This document shows, piece by piece, positions 9,666-19,765 of a stretch of 64,000 nucleotides of DNA (positions are counted from its first letter, which is position 1; each line of letters begins with the position of its first letter). The notes below the pieces were generated by a model. That model made no database searches, was not told the DNA's origin, and saw only the letters and a program-made list of their open reading frames with translations. Location of the stretch: positions 8,351 through 72,350 of the forward strand of contig CAZABN010000002.1 in the NCBI GenBank assembly GCA_964483345.1. Direction: 5' to 3'. The translations under genes were made by a program, and so were the position numbers. Origin of the DNA: an uncultured Solirubrobacteraceae bacterium (GTDB lineage Bacteria > Actinomycetota > Thermoleophilia > Solirubrobacterales > Solirubrobacteraceae).

Positions 9666-11480
9666 TCACGCCGCGGCAGCCGCGTGCGACCAGTCGCGGT
9701 AGAGCTCGGCGTAGGCGCCGGCCGCGGCCAGCAGCTCCTCGTGCGTGCCCTGCTCGACGATCCGCCCGCCCGCCAGCACCACGATCCTGCTCGCGCTCTT
9801 GATCGTCGAGAGCCGGTGCGCGATCACGATCGCCGTGCGACCGGCCAGCAGGCGGCGCAGGCCGTGTTCGATCCGGCTCTCGGTGTGCAGGTCGACGTTC
9901 GACGTTGCCTCGTCGAGCACGAGGATGCGCGGGTCGGCGATCATCGCGCGCGCAAAGGCGACGAGCTGGCGCTGGCCGGCCGAGAGCTGGGTGCCGCGCT
10001 CGCCGACCTCGGTCTGGTAGCCGTGCTCGAGTCCCTCGATGAACTCGTGTGCGCCGACCGCGCGAGCGGCGGCTTCGATCTCCGCTTCACTCGCGCCGGG
10101 AGCGCCGAAGGCGATGTTCGACGCGACGCTCCCCGAGAAGAGGAAGGCCTCCTGGGGGACGATGCCGAGCTGCGAGCGCAGCGATTGGTAGGTGACGTCG
10201 CGCACGTCGCGGCCGTCGATCACGACGCGGCCAAGCGTGGGGTCGTAGAAGCGCGCGACCAGCTTCGCGAACGTCGATTTGCCGGCACCGGTGGCGCCGA
10301 CCAGGGCGACCGTCTCCCCGGGCGCGACGCTGAGGTCGATGTCGTCGAGCGCAAGGCGGTCATGCTCGCCGTCGGGCTTGGTGTAGGCGAAGCTCACGTG
10401 CTCGAAGCGCAGCTCGCCGCGAATCGGGCCGAGCGCCTCGGCATCGGTGCGCTCGAGCATGTCCGGCTGCTCGTCCAGCAATTCGAAGATCTTGTCCAAC
10501 GCCGCCATGCCCGACTGGTAGGTCGTGTACAGCTGCGAGAGCTGCGTGATCGGGTCGAAGAAGTTGTTCAGCGCGGCGAGGAAGCCGACCAGCACGCCGA
10601 TCTTGATCGCTCCGTCGATGACCTGGCCGCCGCCGTAGAGCAGTACCGCGACGATCGCGACCGCCGAGATGAACTCGATCACGGGAAAGTAGGCGGCGTT
10701 CATGTTCACCGTCGTCATGTTCGCGCCGCGGTTGAGCTCGTTCAGCGCGGCGAACTCGTCTGCGTGGCGAGCCTCCTGGCCGAACGTGCGCACGACCCGC
10801 ACGCCGGAGATCGACTCCTGCAGGTACCCCGTGATGTGGCCGATCGTCTCGCGCGTGCGCCTGTAGGCGTCCGCGGAGGCGATCCGGAAGACCAGCGAGC
10901 CGAGCAGGATCAGCGGCAGCATGATGAACGTGAGCAACGCCAGGTGAACGTCGAGGTAGACGAGGATGCCGAGCGTTCCGATCAGCGTCAGACCACCCTG
11001 AAAGAGGGTCACCACGCTGTCGGTGACAAGCGTGTCGAGCGCCTCGACGTCGTTGGTCATGCGCGAGATCAGCGCGCCCGTGGGCCGGCGTTCGTAGAAG
11101 CTCACCGGAAGGCGCTGAAGATGCGCGAAGATCGCCAGCCGCAGGTCGGCGAGCGCGCGCTGGCCGACCCATTCGACAAGGAACGTCTGGGCAGCCGTGG
11201 CGACCCAGACGACCAGTGCGGCGACGACGAACCACACCACGATCACCGCGAGGCGGTGCATGTTGTGCGGCAGGATCCCGTCGTCGATCGCCAGCTTGGC
11301 GAGCAGCGCCGGGGCCAGCGACGCGGCCGTGCCGACGACCAGCGACACGAGCATCGCCACGACGCGCAGGCGGTAGGGAGCGAGCAGCGCCGCGAGTCCC
11401 CGCAGACGGCGCCCGCGACCGCTGGTCCCGCGCAGCCGGCGTCGCAGCTCAGCGGCGCGCGAGGTGGGGGCGCTCGTCAC
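9666..11480 (-). CDS. ABC exporter, fused permease/ATPase (type I exporter half-transporter)
   Basis: Six-TM ABC_membrane domain plus an NBD (GATGAGKST, LSAGQRQLVAFARA, ILVLDEATSNVD). The start overlaps the stop of the upstream paralogue by 4 nt. Confidence 0.92.
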   Translation of the reverse strand: MTSAPTSRAAELRRRLRGTSGRGRRLRGLAALLAPYRLRVVAMLVSLVVGTAASLAPALLAKLAIDDGILPHNMHRLAVIVVWFVVAALVVWVATAAQTFLVEWVGQRALADLRLAIFAHLQRLPVSFYERRPTGALISRMTNDVEALDTLVTDSVVTLFQGGLTLIGTLGILVYLDVHLALLTFIMLPLILLGSLVFRIASADAYRRTRETIGHITGYLQESISGVRVVRTFGQEARHADEFAALNELNRGANMTTVNMNAAYFPVIEFISAVAIVAVLLYGGGQVIDGAIKIGVLVGFLAALNNFFDPITQLSQLYTTYQSGMAALDKIFELLDEQPDMLERTDAEALGPIRGELRFEHVSFAYTKPDGEHDRLALDDIDLSVAPGETVALVGATGAGKSTFAKLVARFYDPTLGRVVIDGRDVRDVTYQSLRSQLGIVPQEAFLFSGSVASNIAFGAPGASEAEIEAAARAVGAHEFIEGLEHGYQTEVGERGTQLSAGQRQLVAFARAMIADPRILVLDEATSNVDLHTESRIEHGLRRLLAGRTAIVIAHRLSTIKSASRIVVLAGGRIVEQGTHEELLAAAGAYAELYRDWSHAAAAA

Positions 11481-13246
11481 AGCCCTGCCACCTGCCGCTC
11501 ACGCGGCTTGCGGGTGAGAAAGACGCTGTCGGGAAGGCCCTTCTCCACGATCTCGCGGTACAGCGGTGCGCGCTCCAGCAGCTCGTCATGCGTGCCCTGC
11601 GCCAGCACGGCGCCGTCCTCGAGCACGATGATCTCGTCGGCCAGCGCGATCGTCGAGAGGCGGTGGGCGATTATCAACGTGGTCCGGCCGGCCATCACCT
11701 CGCCGAGCGCCCGCTTGATATCGCGCTCGGTCGTGGCGTCGACCGAGGAGGTCGCGTCGTCGAGGATCAGGATTCGCGGGTCGGCGAGCAGGGCCCGGGC
11801 GATCGCGATTCGCTGGCGCTGGCCGCCCGAGAGCGACAGCCCGCGCTCGCCGACGCGCGTGTCGTAGCCGTCCGGCAGCCGCTGGATGAACCCGTCGGCC
11901 TGTGCCCGTCGTGCTGCCTCCTGAACCTCGGCGCGGCTGGCATCCGGACGCGCATAGGCGATGTTCTCATGCACGCTGGTGCTGAAGAGGAAGGGATCGT
12001 CGCCGGTCACGGCGACCGCCGAGCGCACCGACGCGACGTCGACGAGTGCCAGGTCGGCTCCGTCGACGAGCACGCGCCCTTCGGTCGGGTCATAGAGCCG
12101 CGCCACCAGCGCGGCCAGCGTCGTCTTGCCCGAGCCGGTTGCGCCGACGAGCGCCACCGTTCGTCCCGCCGCGATCTCGAGGTCGACGTCGCGCAGCGCC
12201 GGCCTGCCCGCGCCGGCGTAGCGCATCGTGACGCCCTCGAAGCGCACGCTGCCACTGCCGGGCGGGAGCGGCGGCGCGCCGGCCGGTGAGGTCAGCTCCG
12301 GCGAGCGGTCGAGCAGCTCGAACACGCGCGCGCCGGAGGCGGTGGCCCGCTGGGCCATGCCGAGCGAGACGCCGAGCGTGCGCATCGGGCTCAGCAGCAT
12401 CAGCAGGTAGATGTAGAAGGCCGTGAACTGGCCGATCTTGAGCTGTGCGTGGATCACGGCGTGGCCCCCGATCAGCAGGATCGCCGCCAGCCCGATCTGC
12501 GGCAGAAACCCGATCAGCGGGTTGTAGCGGGCCTGCATTCGCGCCTCCACCATCGACTGCTCGAAGACACGCGCGACGCTGCGCTCGAATCGAGCGCGCT
12601 GGTGGGCCTCGCGGGCGAACGCCTTGACGACGCGGACTCCGGCGATGTTCTCCTGGACGTCGGCGGTCAGCTCGCCGATCCGCTGCTGGACCTCCTGCAG
12701 CGCCGGTCGCGCGACGCGGCTGTAGCGGTTGGTGACGTAGACGACGAAGGGCACCGGGGCGAGCGCGATCGCCGCAAGGCTCGGCTCGATCAGGAACATC
12801 GCGACCGCGGCGAGCACGATCGCGAGCCCGGATTGCACGATGAACACGAGTCCGTAGCCGAGGAAGAAGCGGATCGCCTGCAGGTCGACGGTTACGCGCG
12901 ACATCAGCTGGCCGGTCTGCTGGCGGTCGAAGAAGGCGAGCTCGAGGGACTGAAGCTGGCGGAACATGAGGTTGCGCAGGTCGTACTCGACGCCGAGCGA
13001 AACGCGCCCGGCGACCAGCCGCCGAGCCGCGGAGAGCCCGAGCCGGATCAGTCCGGCGGCCACCACCCACAGCGCGATCGTCAGCAGGGCGCCACGGTGG
13101 TGGGCGTTGATCGCGTCAATCGCCTCGCCCGAGAGCTCCGGGATCGCGACCGTCGCGACCATCGCCAGCGCCGCGAGTGCTCCGGACCAGATGACGCCTC
13201 GGCGGTAGGGGCGCAGGAACCCGAGCAGGCGGCCGAAAGTAGTCAC
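11477..13246 (-). CDS. ABC exporter, fused permease/ATPase (partner half-transporter)
   Basis: Same architecture ([35 protein letters not shown]). Probably the heterodimer partner of the downstream gene. Confidence 0.92.
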   Translation of the reverse strand: MTTFGRLLGFLRPYRRGVIWSGALAALAMVATVAIPELSGEAIDAINAHHRGALLTIALWVVAAGLIRLGLSAARRLVAGRVSLGVEYDLRNLMFRQLQSLELAFFDRQQTGQLMSRVTVDLQAIRFFLGYGLVFIVQSGLAIVLAAVAMFLIEPSLAAIALAPVPFVVYVTNRYSRVARPALQEVQQRIGELTADVQENIAGVRVVKAFAREAHQRARFERSVARVFEQSMVEARMQARYNPLIGFLPQIGLAAILLIGGHAVIHAQLKIGQFTAFYIYLLMLLSPMRTLGVSLGMAQRATASGARVFELLDRSPELTSPAGAPPLPPGSGSVRFEGVTMRYAGAGRPALRDVDLEIAAGRTVALVGATGSGKTTLAALVARLYDPTEGRVLVDGADLALVDVASVRSAVAVTGDDPFLFSTSVHENIAYARPDASRAEVQEAARRAQADGFIQRLPDGYDTRVGERGLSLSGGQRQRIAIARALLADPRILILDDATSSVDATTERDIKRALGEVMAGRTTLIIAHRLSTIALADEIIVLEDGAVLAQGTHDELLERAPLYREIVEKGLPDSVFLTRKPRERQVAGL

Positions 13247-13270
13247 TTCATAAAGTATAGTGCCCGAGGG

Positions 13271-13465
13271 TTGGCCCCGGCACTACCCCCAGGATTGTGC
13301 GATCGCTGCGTGCACCAGCGGCTGGTGTCCAACTCGCGAGGCTCGGTCTTCTCCCTGTGCGAGCGTTCGCGCACGCAACCGGAGTCCTTCGCGCGCTACC
13401 CGCCGCTGCCCGTGCTCGCGTGTGCCGGGTTCGACCCGGAGCCCAATCCGCGGACGGCCGGTTAG
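13271..13465 (+). CDS. Small Cys-rich (CxxC...C...C) hypothetical protein; start codon uncertain (TTG at 13271 or 13292)
   Basis: The in-frame tail of a long junk ORF has high GC3 and reads LCDRCVHQRLVSNSRGSVFSLCERSRTQPESFARYPPLPVLACAGFDPEP. From memory this pattern resembles a widespread small uncharacterised protein family. No ATG or GTG start is available. Confidence 0.4.
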   Translation: MAPALPPGLCDRCVHQRLVSNSRGSVFSLCERSRTQPESFARYPPLPVLACAGFDPEPNPRTAG

Positions 13466-14055
13466 CGGACGGTGAGCGTCCCCTTCATCCCGGCCATCTC
13501 GTGGCCGGGAACCGAGCAGTAGAAGGTGTAGGTCCCGGGCGGCAGGTTGAGGGTCAGCACCTTCGTGCCTCCCATGAAGGTCGGCGTGTGGCCGAGCACC
13601 TTTCCCTGCGCGTTGGCGATCGTGACGTTGTGGTCGAGCGGGGAGTGGTTGGTGAAGTCGATCGTCACGTGACTCGAGCCGGCACTGAGCGCCGTCGTGT
13701 TGTAGGCGAGCTGCCCCTGGGGGTTGGCGGAGAGCTGGAGCGGGCCGTTGGTCGGCGCGGCATTCACCGGCGTGACCTGCGGCGCCACGCCGTTGGTCAC
13801 CACCGGGGACTTGTATGGCGGCACGCCCGGCGGTGTCTTGGCCGTCGCGACCGCCATCGCCACCGCGAACGCCACCAGCGCGGCGGTGCCGGCGGTCAGC
13901 AGTCGGCCCTGGCGCGCCGATGAGGGGAAGCGCTCGCTGCGGATCCCGATCGCCGAGACGAACACCGCCCAGGCCACGAGAAGGCCGGCGGCGATGAAGA
14001 ACAGCGTCTTGCTTCGATCGTGGAAGACGGTGGCTGCGACCAGGGCGTGGAACAC
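13462..14055 (-). CDS. Membrane-anchored cupredoxin (plastocyanin/azurin-like type-1 copper protein)
   Basis: Two N-terminal TM helices, a Pro-rich linker and a C-terminal T1Cu ligand set: H in SPLDHNV, then YCSVPGHEMAGM (C-x2-H-x4-M). Confidence 0.85.
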   Translation of the reverse strand: MFHALVAATVFHDRSKTLFFIAAGLLVAWAVFVSAIGIRSERFPSSARQGRLLTAGTAALVAFAVAMAVATAKTPPGVPPYKSPVVTNGVAPQVTPVNAAPTNGPLQLSANPQGQLAYNTTALSAGSSHVTIDFTNHSPLDHNVTIANAQGKVLGHTPTFMGGTKVLTLNLPPGTYTFYCSVPGHEMAGMKGTLTVR

Positions 14056-14111
14056 GGCGCGAGCCTAACCGATCAGTCGTACGGAGGGCGCATCGGAGCT
14101 AGATTCCACGC

Positions 14112-14384
14112 ATGGACGAGGCGCGGATCGAGGTGCGCCTGCAGCCGCGGTCCTCGCGCGATGAGCTGCTCGGGTTTCGCGACGGCGTGCTGGCGGCGCG
14201 CGTCTGCGCGCCGCCGGTCGACGGGGAGGCGAACCGCGCGCTGTGCCGCCTGATTGCACAACGGGCGAACGTCGCGCCCTCGCGCGTCGAGGTGATCCGC
14301 GGCGAGCGCGGCCGCCTCAAGCTGATCCGTGTCAGCGGTCTGCGCCCGGAGGAGCTGCTCGCCGCGCTCGACCTCACGCCGTAG
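14112..14384 (+). CDS. DUF167 (YggU) family protein
   Basis: 90 aa with IEVRLQPRSSRDEL...VCAPPVDGEANRALCRLIAQRANVAPSRVEVIRGERGRLKLIRV, which matches the YggU pattern. Confidence 0.8.
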   Translation: MDEARIEVRLQPRSSRDELLGFRDGVLAARVCAPPVDGEANRALCRLIAQRANVAPSRVEVIRGERGRLKLIRVSGLRPEELLAALDLTP

Positions 14385-14395
14385 CACGGCGCCGC

Positions 14396-15691
14396 TCAGA
14401 GCTGCCCGAGCAGCACCTCGGCGGCGGCGTGGCCGCTCAGCGCCGCGCTCTCCAGGGTCGCCGGCCAGCCGGTCGCGGTCCAGGCGCCGGCGAGCACGAG
14501 GCCTTCGAGGGCGGTGGCGGGCCCGGGCCGCAGCGCCGCTGTCCCGGGTGACGCGCGGAACGTGGCGGCGTGCTCCTTGGTCGCGCTGAAGCTCTCGACG
14601 CGAGCATCGCGCGCAGCCGGCAACAGCTCGGTCAGCGCAGGCAGGTAGCGCTCGCGCAGCGCTGCCGTGCTCATCCCCATCTCGGCGCGCGCGCCCGACA
14701 GCGAGACGGCGAGGTACTGGCCCGCGGTCCAATCCAGAGGGGTGCGGTCGAAGACGTACTGCACGGGCGTGTCGACACCCGCCGCGAAGCGGTGCTCGAG
14801 CACGCGGCGGTCGTAGACGACATGGAGGTTCACGATCGGCGAGGATCGCAGCGCTCCGGGCCAGGCGGCCCCTCGCAGCGCCTCCGCCGGCGCCAGCGCC
14901 GCCGCGCGGTCGTGCGGCACCGCGATCACCACGCCGTCCGCGCCCAGCCAGGAGTCCGCGCCGACGACCGCGAAGCGGTCGCCGATCGAGGTCACGCGCG
15001 CAACCGGCCAGCGCAGGTGAACGGTGACGCCGGCGCTCGCCAGGGCGCGCACCGCGGGCTCGCCGATGATCGCCTGCAGCGGTGCGCGATGCAGACCGAC
15101 GTCACCGGCCGCGGCGTCGGCGAGCAGGCCATGCTGGAAGACGAACGCGCCGAGCGCGAGCGAAGCCTCGGCCGCGGGCAGGTTGAGCGTCGGCAGTGCG
15201 ATCAGGTCCCACAGCGCGGCGATCGCGCGCGGGCTCTGCCCGTGGTCGGTCAGCCACTCGCCGAGCGTGCGCGAGTCGTCGAGCGGCGCTCGCCCGAGCG
15301 CGAGCGCGGCACGTCCCGCGGAGATCCGCTCACGCAGCGAGAGATGCGAGTAGCGAAGCAGCGCGCCGGCCAGATGAAGCGGTGGGCGCGCGCCGCTGCG
15401 GCGCAGTCTGACCGTGTCGCGGCCGGGTGCGAGCACGGGAATGTCGAGCCGCGGCTGAAGCTCGACCAGCGGATCGCTGCCGAGCCGCTCGAGCAGGGCG
15501 CGGTAGGCCGCGCAGCAGCGCAGGAAGACATGCTGCCCGTTGTCGAGCCACAGATCGTCACGTGCCACCGAGTAGGCAGCGCCGCCGAGCCGGGGGCGCA
15601 CCTCGACGAGCGTGACGGCGGCGCCGCCCGCGGCGCAGTCCAGCGCCGCGACGATGCCCGCGACGCCGCCGCCGACGACCACGACGTTCAC
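14396..15691 (-). CDS. hpnE: Hydroxysqualene dehydroxylase (FAD amine-oxidase/phytoene-desaturase family)
   Basis: The GTG start at 15691 overlaps the hpnD stop (GTGA). VNVVVVGGGVAGIVAALDCA dinucleotide fold. Position directly after hpnC and hpnD. Confidence 0.8.
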   Translation of the reverse strand: MNVVVVGGGVAGIVAALDCAAGGAAVTLVEVRPRLGGAAYSVARDDLWLDNGQHVFLRCCAAYRALLERLGSDPLVELQPRLDIPVLAPGRDTVRLRRSGARPPLHLAGALLRYSHLSLRERISAGRAALALGRAPLDDSRTLGEWLTDHGQSPRAIAALWDLIALPTLNLPAAEASLALGAFVFQHGLLADAAAGDVGLHRAPLQAIIGEPAVRALASAGVTVHLRWPVARVTSIGDRFAVVGADSWLGADGVVIAVPHDRAAALAPAEALRGAAWPGALRSSPIVNLHVVYDRRVLEHRFAAGVDTPVQYVFDRTPLDWTAGQYLAVSLSGARAEMGMSTAALRERYLPALTELLPAARDARVESFSATKEHAATFRASPGTAALRPGPATALEGLVLAGAWTATGWPATLESAALSGHAAAEVLLGQL

Positions 15692-16500
15692 CGGCCCGCT
15701 CCGAGCAGGCTGCGGGCAGCCACGGCGAGCTTGGTCGAGGTGGGCAGCGCGACTCGCCTTTGCAGGATCGCCTGCGGGTCGTCGGCGATGCGCTCGAGCA
15801 GACGGCGGTAGATGCCGCTCATCGCGAGCACGCAGGCGGCGCTGCGGCGGTCGAGCAGCGCCGTCAGCTCCAGCCCGCGTGAATACCACTCGCGTGCTCG
15901 CCCGGCTTCGAAGGCGACCAGCGGCCCGATCGTCTCAGGACTCGGCGCGCCGAAGCGCTCGAGATCCTCGGCCGGCAGATAGGTTCGTCCGTGCTCGGCG
16001 TCCTCGCGCACGTCGCGCAGGATGTTGGTCAGCTGGAGCGCGACGCCGAGGTCGTCGGCAAGTCGACCCGCGCGGGGATCGTCGCTGCCGTAGACGGAGA
16101 CGCACAGGCGCCCGATCGAGCCGGCGACTCGCCGGCAGTAGACGACCAGTTCGTCGAAGCTCGCGTAGGTCACTCCGTCCACGTCCATCCGCACACCCTC
16201 GATCAGGTCGAGAAACGACTCGCGCGGAAGCGGGAAGCGACGCTCGGCGCGGTGCAGGCCGGCGAGCACGAGATCGTCCGCAGGTGACTCGCCGAGCGAC
16301 GTCGCGGCTTCGTCGAGCAGCGCGCGCTTGCGCTCGGCGGGCAGGGTGCCGTCGCCGATGTCGTCGATGCGCCTGGCGAAGGCGTAGATCGCGAACAGCG
16401 CCTCGCGCTTGGGCGCCGGCAGCAGGCGCATTCCGTAGTAGAAGTTCGCGGCCTGGCGCCGTGTGATCCGCGCGCAGTACCGGACGGCCGCATCGCTCAT
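15688..16500 (-). CDS. hpnD: Presqualene diphosphate synthase (squalene/phytoene synthase family)
   Basis: YCARITRRQAANFYYGMRLLPAPKREALFAIYAFARRIDDIGD plus a second Asp-rich region (NILRDVREDAEHGRTYLP). Confidence 0.85.
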   Translation of the reverse strand: MSDAAVRYCARITRRQAANFYYGMRLLPAPKREALFAIYAFARRIDDIGDGTLPAERKRALLDEAATSLGESPADDLVLAGLHRAERRFPLPRESFLDLIEGVRMDVDGVTYASFDELVVYCRRVAGSIGRLCVSVYGSDDPRAGRLADDLGVALQLTNILRDVREDAEHGRTYLPAEDLERFGAPSPETIGPLVAFEAGRAREWYSRGLELTALLDRRSAACVLAMSGIYRRLLERIADDPQAILQRRVALPTSTKLAVAARSLLGAGR

Positions 16501-17336
16501 CCGCCGGCGGCCCGGACGAGCAGGCGGACGATTGCTCCGAGCGTGCGCCGGCGCGTCGGTCGCGGAGTGAGCGCGAGCACCTCGTAGTCGGCCAGCGCGA
16601 TCGCCTCCAGCGCCGCGCGCCCACCGCCGGCGTAGCCGGCGACCGCGAGTCGCGGCCAGCCGCGCAGGCTCGCCACGAGCGCGTCGCCCTCGCGGAAGAG
16701 CGCCGCCGTACGCGCGGCCTCGAGTGCGAGCACGCGCCGCAGCCGGTCACCGACGCGATCCGCCGACAGATCCTCGATCGTGCAGCCGTGGCGGGCGAGA
16801 TCCTCGAGCGGGAGGTAGACCCTCCCACGAGCGAGGTCCTCGCGAACGTCCTGCCAGTGTTCCGTCAGCTGCAGCGCGGTGCACACGGCGTTCGACAGCG
16901 CGACGCGCTCCGCGGTCGCGGCGCCGAACACGCACAGCACCAGCTCGCCGACCGGATCCGCGGAGAGATGGCAGTAGCCGAGCAGTGCGTCCCAGGTGTC
17001 GTAACTGTGGACGCGCTGGTCGACGCGGTTGGCCTCGATCAGCCGTTCGAACGGCTCGCGCGAAAGCTCGCATGCCGCGATCGTTGGCGAGAGCGCGCGC
17101 AGCAGGGGATGCGTGGCGGTGTCGGCGAACGCCCGGTCGAGCTCCGCCGAAAGCCAGTCGAGGGCCGCCAGCCGGTCGCCCGGGGCCTCGTCGCCGAGCT
17201 CGTCGACAAGTCTCGCGAAGCCGTAGATCGCCAGCAGGTGCGTGCGGAGCGGCGCCGGGAGCAGTCGCGACGCGACGGGGAAGTTCTCCGTAGCGGCGCG
17301 GGCCATGATCGGTTCGGGGCTTGTGGGTATGGACAT
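16497..17336 (-). CDS. hpnC: Hydroxysqualene synthase (squalene/phytoene synthase family)
   Basis: From the ATG at 17336: MSIPTSPEPIMARAATENFPVASRLLPAPLRTHLLAIYGFARLVDELGDE, then HWQDVREDLARGRVYLP. Four-nt overlap with hpnD. Confidence 0.85.
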   Translation of the reverse strand: MSIPTSPEPIMARAATENFPVASRLLPAPLRTHLLAIYGFARLVDELGDEAPGDRLAALDWLSAELDRAFADTATHPLLRALSPTIAACELSREPFERLIEANRVDQRVHSYDTWDALLGYCHLSADPVGELVLCVFGAATAERVALSNAVCTALQLTEHWQDVREDLARGRVYLPLEDLARHGCTIEDLSADRVGDRLRRVLALEAARTAALFREGDALVASLRGWPRLAVAGYAGGGRAALEAIALADYEVLALTPRPTRRRTLGAIVRLLVRAAGG

Positions 17337-17542
17337 CGGCTGAGCCGCGGGCGCGGCGGGTGCGTGCAGCGTTACACACGGCGGCCGGCGGGCGCAGCAC
17401 AGGCGCAGACCGCCGAGAATCGCCGAGCACGGGGCGATCCCGCAGCCGACGCGCGAGCGCCGCGTCGAGGACGCCCCGAACCGGGGGCGGAGGTGGGAAG
17501 CTAGAGTTTCGATCAAACCACCCACGATGGAGGCGAACGAAG

Positions 17543-17830
17543 ATGGGCCTATTCGACAAGGTCAAGGCCGGCGCTGAGCAGGCCGCGAGCACAGCTCAGA
17601 AGCAGGCGCAAACCGTTGCCACAAAGCGTGAGCTGGGTCAGGCGTACGCTGACCTCGGCAAGACGGCGTTCGGGTTGGTCGACCGCGGCGAGATCTCGCA
17701 TGGCGACCTGGCAGCCGGCGTCGATCACATCCGGGAGCTGCAGGCGCGCCTGAGCGGCGAGGCGTCCGCGGGAGCCGACGGCGACGGCGGCGCATCCGAC
17801 GGGTCCTCGGAGGCCGACATCGTCGAGTAG
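17543..17830 (+). CDS. Small hypothetical protein (coiled-coil-like, acidic tail)
   Basis: ATG preceded by a GGAGG SD (gatGGAGGcgaacgaagATG). 95 aa starting MGLFDKVKAGAEQAAS. High GC3. No recognisable family. Confidence 0.5.
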   Translation: MGLFDKVKAGAEQAASTAQKQAQTVATKRELGQAYADLGKTAFGLVDRGEISHGDLAAGVDHIRELQARLSGEASAGADGDGGASDGSSEADIVE

Positions 17831-17946
17831 CCGCCAGGGCTCACACACAGGCGCGGCCATCGCACGGGGGACGACTCGCGGCACGCCGGACGGCGCGCGG
17901 ATGCGCGTCGTCGCGACGGACCGCCGGTCGCGCTGCTGACAGCTCG

Positions 17947-19683
17947 TCAGAACACCGGCGTCTCGGTGAAGCGGCCCCAGACGTCCTGGAGGGCCTGCAC
18001 GAGCTCGCCCTCGCTCGCGCGGGCGCGCGCGGCGTCCAGCAGCGGCTCCATCAGGTTGTGCGGCGTCTGCGCCGCTGCGCGCAGCGCCGCGAGGCCGGCC
18101 TGCACCGCGGCGTCGTCGCGCCCTGCGCGCACGGCCGCGAGGCGATCGAGCTGCCGGCGCTCGAGCGTCGGGTCGATCCTCAGCGTCGCGATCGGGCGGT
18201 CGTCCCCCGCCGTGAAGCTGTTGACGCCGACGACGACCCGTTCGCCGCTGTCGATGCGTCGCTGCAACTCGAAGGCTGCGTCGGCAATCTCGCGCTGCGG
18301 GTAGTTGCGCTTGACGGCTTCGATCATCCCGCCCAGCTCGTCGATGCGCTGGAAGTAGTCGTAGGCCTGCCGTTCGATGCGGTCGGTCAGCGCCTCGACG
18401 AAGTAGCTGCCGCCGAGCGGGTCGACGGTGTTCGTCACACCCGTCTCGTGCGCGATCACCTGCTGGGTGCGAAGCGCGACCTGGACGGCTTCCTCGGTGG
18501 GTAGCGCGAGTGCCTCGTCGTAGCTGTTGGTGTGCAGCGACTGCGTGCCGCCGAGCACTCCCGCGAGCGCCTCGATCGCCGTGCGCGTGATGTTGTTGAG
18601 CGGTTGCTGGGCGGTCAACGAGACGCCGGCGGTCTGGGTGTGGAAGCGCATCAGCCACGAGCGAGGATCGCGCGCGCCGTAGTGCTCACGCAGCTCGCGC
18701 GCCCAGATCCGGCGGGCAGCGCGGTACTTCGCGATCTCCTCGAAGAAGTCGATCTGCGCGTTGAAGAAGAACGACAGGCGCGGCGCGAAGCTGTCGACCT
18801 CCTGCCCGCGCGCGATCTGCTCCTCCACGTAGGTGAAGCCGTTCTTGAGCGTGAAGGCGAGCTCCTGTGCCGCGGTCGCACCGGCTTCGCGGATGTGGTA
18901 GCCGGAGATCGAGACCGGGTGCCAGCGGGGCATGTTGGCCGTGCACCATTCGATCAGGTCGCCCTGCAGGCGAACCGCGGGCTCGATCGGGAAGCACCAT
19001 TCCTTCTGGGCGATGTACTCCTTGAGGATGTCGGCCTGGATCGTCCCGGCGAGCTCCGCCGGCGCGACGCCGCGTGCCTGAGCGGCGGCGACGAAGAAGG
19101 CGAGCATGATCGCCGCCGGGCCGTTGATCGTCATCGACACGCTGACCTCGCGCAGGTCGATGCCCGCAAAGAGATCCGCCATGTCGTCGACCGTGTCGAT
19201 CGCGACGCCCTCGCGTCCGACCTCGCCGCGGCTGAGCGGCGAATCCGAGTCGTGGCCCATCAGCGACGGCATGTCGAATGCCGTCGACAGCGCGTGCTGG
19301 CCGCGCCCCAGCAGGTAGCGAAAGCGCTCGTTGGTCTCGACCGCCGTGCCGAAGCCCGCGAACTGGCGGACCGTCCACAGCCGCCCACGGTACATCGAGG
19401 GATAGACGCCGCGCGTGAACGGGTACTCGCCGGGCAGGCCGATCTGGCCGCGCTCGGGCAGGTCGGTCTCCGTGTAGAGCGCGCGGATCTCCTCGCCGCT
19501 GAGGCTCAGGAAGGGGCCGGGTCTCTCGGTCGCCGCGTCGCCGTTCGTGGCGTGCTCGCGCGCTGCCGCAGAGGCGTCCGCGGCGCGGCTGCGATCCTGC
19601 GCATCACCGGGCGATGGGGGGATCGCTGCAGTTTCGCAGCATCGACGCGGCGCCGGCGGCGGAGTGCGAGCAGCCGGCCTCAC
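17947..19683 (-). CDS. Methylmalonyl-CoA mutase family, catalytic (TIM-barrel) subunit without B12-binding domain; start uncertain
   Basis: [41 protein letters not shown]...[17 protein letters not shown]...SMTINGPA are hallmark MCM motifs. The protein ends before any B12-binding domain. There is no in-frame ATG near the domain start, so the GTG at 19683 is used provisionally. Confidence 0.85.
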   Translation of the reverse strand: MRPAARTPPPAPRRCCETAAIPPSPGDAQDRSRAADASAAAREHATNGDAATERPGPFLSLSGEEIRALYTETDLPERGQIGLPGEYPFTRGVYPSMYRGRLWTVRQFAGFGTAVETNERFRYLLGRGQHALSTAFDMPSLMGHDSDSPLSRGEVGREGVAIDTVDDMADLFAGIDLREVSVSMTINGPAAIMLAFFVAAAQARGVAPAELAGTIQADILKEYIAQKEWCFPIEPAVRLQGDLIEWCTANMPRWHPVSISGYHIREAGATAAQELAFTLKNGFTYVEEQIARGQEVDSFAPRLSFFFNAQIDFFEEIAKYRAARRIWARELREHYGARDPRSWLMRFHTQTAGVSLTAQQPLNNITRTAIEALAGVLGGTQSLHTNSYDEALALPTEEAVQVALRTQQVIAHETGVTNTVDPLGGSYFVEALTDRIERQAYDYFQRIDELGGMIEAVKRNYPQREIADAAFELQRRIDSGERVVVGVNSFTAGDDRPIATLRIDPTLERRQLDRLAAVRAGRDDAAVQAGLAALRAAAQTPHNLMEPLLDAARARASEGELVQALQDVWGRFTETPVF

Positions 19684-19765
19684 GGATTCGCGTCCCCGGG
19701 CGTTTGTGCAGTGTGGACCGAGCCGCTCACGCGCCACTATGGTCCGTTGCGATGAGCAGGACCGC

